From NCBI GenBank assembly GCA_023426575.1, contig JAFAAL010000014.1, positions 21,524-85,523 of the forward strand: 64,000 nt of DNA, in the 5' to 3' direction. This document shows, piece after piece, positions 62,442-64,000 of this stretch. A program made the translations under genes and the position numbers. Every line of letters begins with the position of its first letter. The first letter of the stretch is position 1. Source of the stretch: Bacillota bacterium (GTDB taxonomy: Bacteria > Bacillota > Clostridia > Saccharofermentanales > DTU023). The notes under the pieces were generated by a model that was not told the DNA's origin, did not search any database, and was given only the letters and a program-made list of their open reading frames with translations.

Positions 62442-63905
62442 CTAAATGCGCTTGGCATTATGGGCCTGTAAGATGCTGTCCTTGAGATCCCAGAGTTCTT
62501 GAGAGAGGTCGACATAGTAGATCTGTGGATTCTCCAGACGCTTGATCGAATTCCAGAGTGTCTGGAGTTCCGCCTGGGCATAGGCTCGAATCTCCTGAAG
62601 ATTCGGACACCGATAGACCACCTGACCCTCTCTAAATATGGGCTCGAGCAGACGTCTCGCACGGAATGAACTGAGCGTCTTCCGCTTCCAGGTGTGCAGG
62701 GGGTCAAAGATCTCGAGAGGCCGACTCTCATCCAAGCTCTCCGACTCCAAGGTGATGAGATCCGCCTCCGCAAAGCCCTCATCATTGTACAGACGGTAGA
62801 CCTGCTTGGCTCCAGGATTCGTAATTTTCCCAGGATTCTCAGAAATCTTCATCCTCGGCTCGATGACGCCATGATCGTTTTCAATGGCTGAGAGCTTGTA
62901 CACGCCCGAAAAGACGGGCTCCGCACGAGATGTGATCAGGCGCTCGCCAACCCCGAAGGCATCAATTTTTGCCCCTTGGATCAAGAGCTCCTTGATCAGA
63001 TACTCATCAATGGAATTTGAAACGACAATCTTACAGTCCGTGAGACCCGCTGCATCCAGAGCCTCCCTCGCCTTCTGCGAGAGATAGGTGAGATCCCCAG
63101 AGTCGATACGCACGCCGGCTAGGCGCTTACCCTGAGGCTCAAGGATCTCACGATGAACGCGGATCGCATTGGGAATTCCCGAATTTAAAGTATTGTAGGT
63201 GTCAATCAGCAGTTGGCAGTTATCGGGATAGACCTTGGCAAAAGCCACAAAAGACTCGTACTCCGTCGGGAAAGACTGCACCCAGGAGTGGGCCATCGTG
63301 CCGAGTGCGGGCATGTCAAAGATCTGGGCGGCGAGAGTACACGAAGTGCCCGCAACCCCTGAGATATAGGCGGCACGTGCTCCGAGCAAAGACGCGTCAT
63401 AGCCCTGAGCGCGCCGCGCTCCAAATTCCATGACGGGCCGTCCCTCAGCCGCACGCACAATACGCGCCGACTTGGTCGCAATCAAAGATTGGTGATTGAT
63501 CGACAAGAGCAGCATGGTCTCAATCAATTGACACTGCCAGAGAGGGCCACGCACCCGTACAATGGGCTCGGCTGGGAAGATAGGCGTGCCCTCTGGAATC
63601 GCATCGATATCACAGGCAAAGCGAAACTGGCTGAGTGCCTCCAGAAAATCCTCCTGGAAGCCCTGCTCTCGCAGGTAGAGTATGATCGTCTCATCAAAGT
63701 CTAGGCGCTCCAGATAGTCAATCATCTGTTCGACGCCAGCCATAATGGCATAGCCCCCCTGTTCTGGAACCTGCCGAAAAAAGAGATCAAAGTAGGCGAT
63801 GCGCTCATGGATCCCCTGCTCAAAGTAGGCCTGGGCCATGGTGAATTCGTAAAAATCAGAAAGCAGACTCAAATTTGTCTGACGACTCGTCATCTGATAG
63901 TCCAT
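62442..63905 (-). CDS. pncB: nicotinate phosphoribosyltransferase
   Basis: LLSDFYEFTMAQAYF N-terminus, GTMAHSW (phospho-His region), 487 aa. Confidence 0.93.
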   Translation of the reverse strand: MDYQMTSRQTNLSLLSDFYEFTMAQAYFEQGIHERIAYFDLFFRQVPEQGGYAIMAGVEQMIDYLERLDFDETIILYLREQGFQEDFLEALSQFRFACDIDAIPEGTPIFPAEPIVRVRGPLWQCQLIETMLLLSINHQSLIATKSARIVRAAEGRPVMEFGARRAQGYDASLLGARAAYISGVAGTSCTLAAQIFDMPALGTMAHSWVQSFPTEYESFVAFAKVYPDNCQLLIDTYNTLNSGIPNAIRVHREILEPQGKRLAGVRIDSGDLTYLSQKAREALDAAGLTDCKIVVSNSIDEYLIKELLIQGAKIDAFGVGERLITSRAEPVFSGVYKLSAIENDHGVIEPRMKISENPGKITNPGAKQVYRLYNDEGFAEADLITLESESLDESRPLEIFDPLHTWKRKTLSSFRARRLLEPIFREGQVVYRCPNLQEIRAYAQAELQTLWNSIKRLENPQIYYVDLSQELWDLKDSILQAHNAKRI

Positions 63906-64000
63906 AATATCCTCTCTTTAACTGAGTGAGCAATTGCTCATAATCTGATCGTCCATCGCGCCCAAAGAGCGGCTTATCAAAGTAGACGCGTTCCAGACAG

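Noticed and set aside
63906-64000. Partial minus-strand ORF at the right edge, upstream of pncB
   Set aside because: Two frames are open over only ~30 codons: ...ERVYFDKPLFGRDGRSDYEQLLTQLKRGY..., which would overlap pncB, or a frame ending TAA before the SD. It is too short to identify or to choose a frame.

Overview
This is a core-chromosome-like 64-kb window from a Gram-positive-type (Bacillota-like, probably anaerobic) bacterium. I support about 58 protein genes and three stand-alone tRNA genes (Lys-CUU, Thr-CGU, Ala-GGC). I saw no rRNA, CRISPR array, transposase, integrase or phage genes. From 1 to ~54.7 kb almost every gene is on the minus strand, with short or overlapping junctions.

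Gene order by coordinate:
- 0-8 kb: rplT, rpmI, infC (operon read right to left; ATC start, promoter plus attenuator leader), Ca-type P-type ATPase, CNNM/CorC-type protein, sirtuin, tRNA-Lys, kbl.
- 8-14 kb: YhaN-like, YhaO-like, nfnB, nfnA, chained by 1-4 nt overlaps.
- 14-26 kb: an 11-gene metal-uptake block. A MacB-type ABC module with a Cys/His/Met-rich small membrane protein and a family-5 SBP lipoprotein sits next to an FTR1 / P19 / DUF2318-like / FtsX x2 / ABC ATPase / FMN-binding-lipoprotein module. tRNA-Thr and ferritin follow.
- 26-35 kb: secA, three overlapping uncharacterised TadE-like ORFs, pheT, pheS.
- 35-46 kb: MBL hydrolase, a degenerate methylglyoxal-synthase-like protein, PBP2, mreD, mreC, radC (no mreB), asnS, holA, comEC.
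- 46-55 kb: engB, two tandem long-form PRPP-synthetase paralogs (+ strand), rqcH, queH, ruvB, ruvA, ruvC, dtd.
- 55-64 kb: tRNA-Ala, an RR / BcrA-like ABC / ABC-2 permease / HK module, ansA, ridA, a CDF transporter, a MATE transporter, pncB.

Most worth a second look:
- The FTR1-P19 cluster with a flavoprotein, and the fused second MacB module.
- The TadE-like trio sitting behind a 13-bp hairpin that buries its Shine-Dalgarno (SD) sequence.
- The pseudo-MGS gene and the mre cluster that lacks mreB.
- The tandem Prs paralogs.

All functional calls come from reading the translated ORFs and recalling family motifs. No database search was run.
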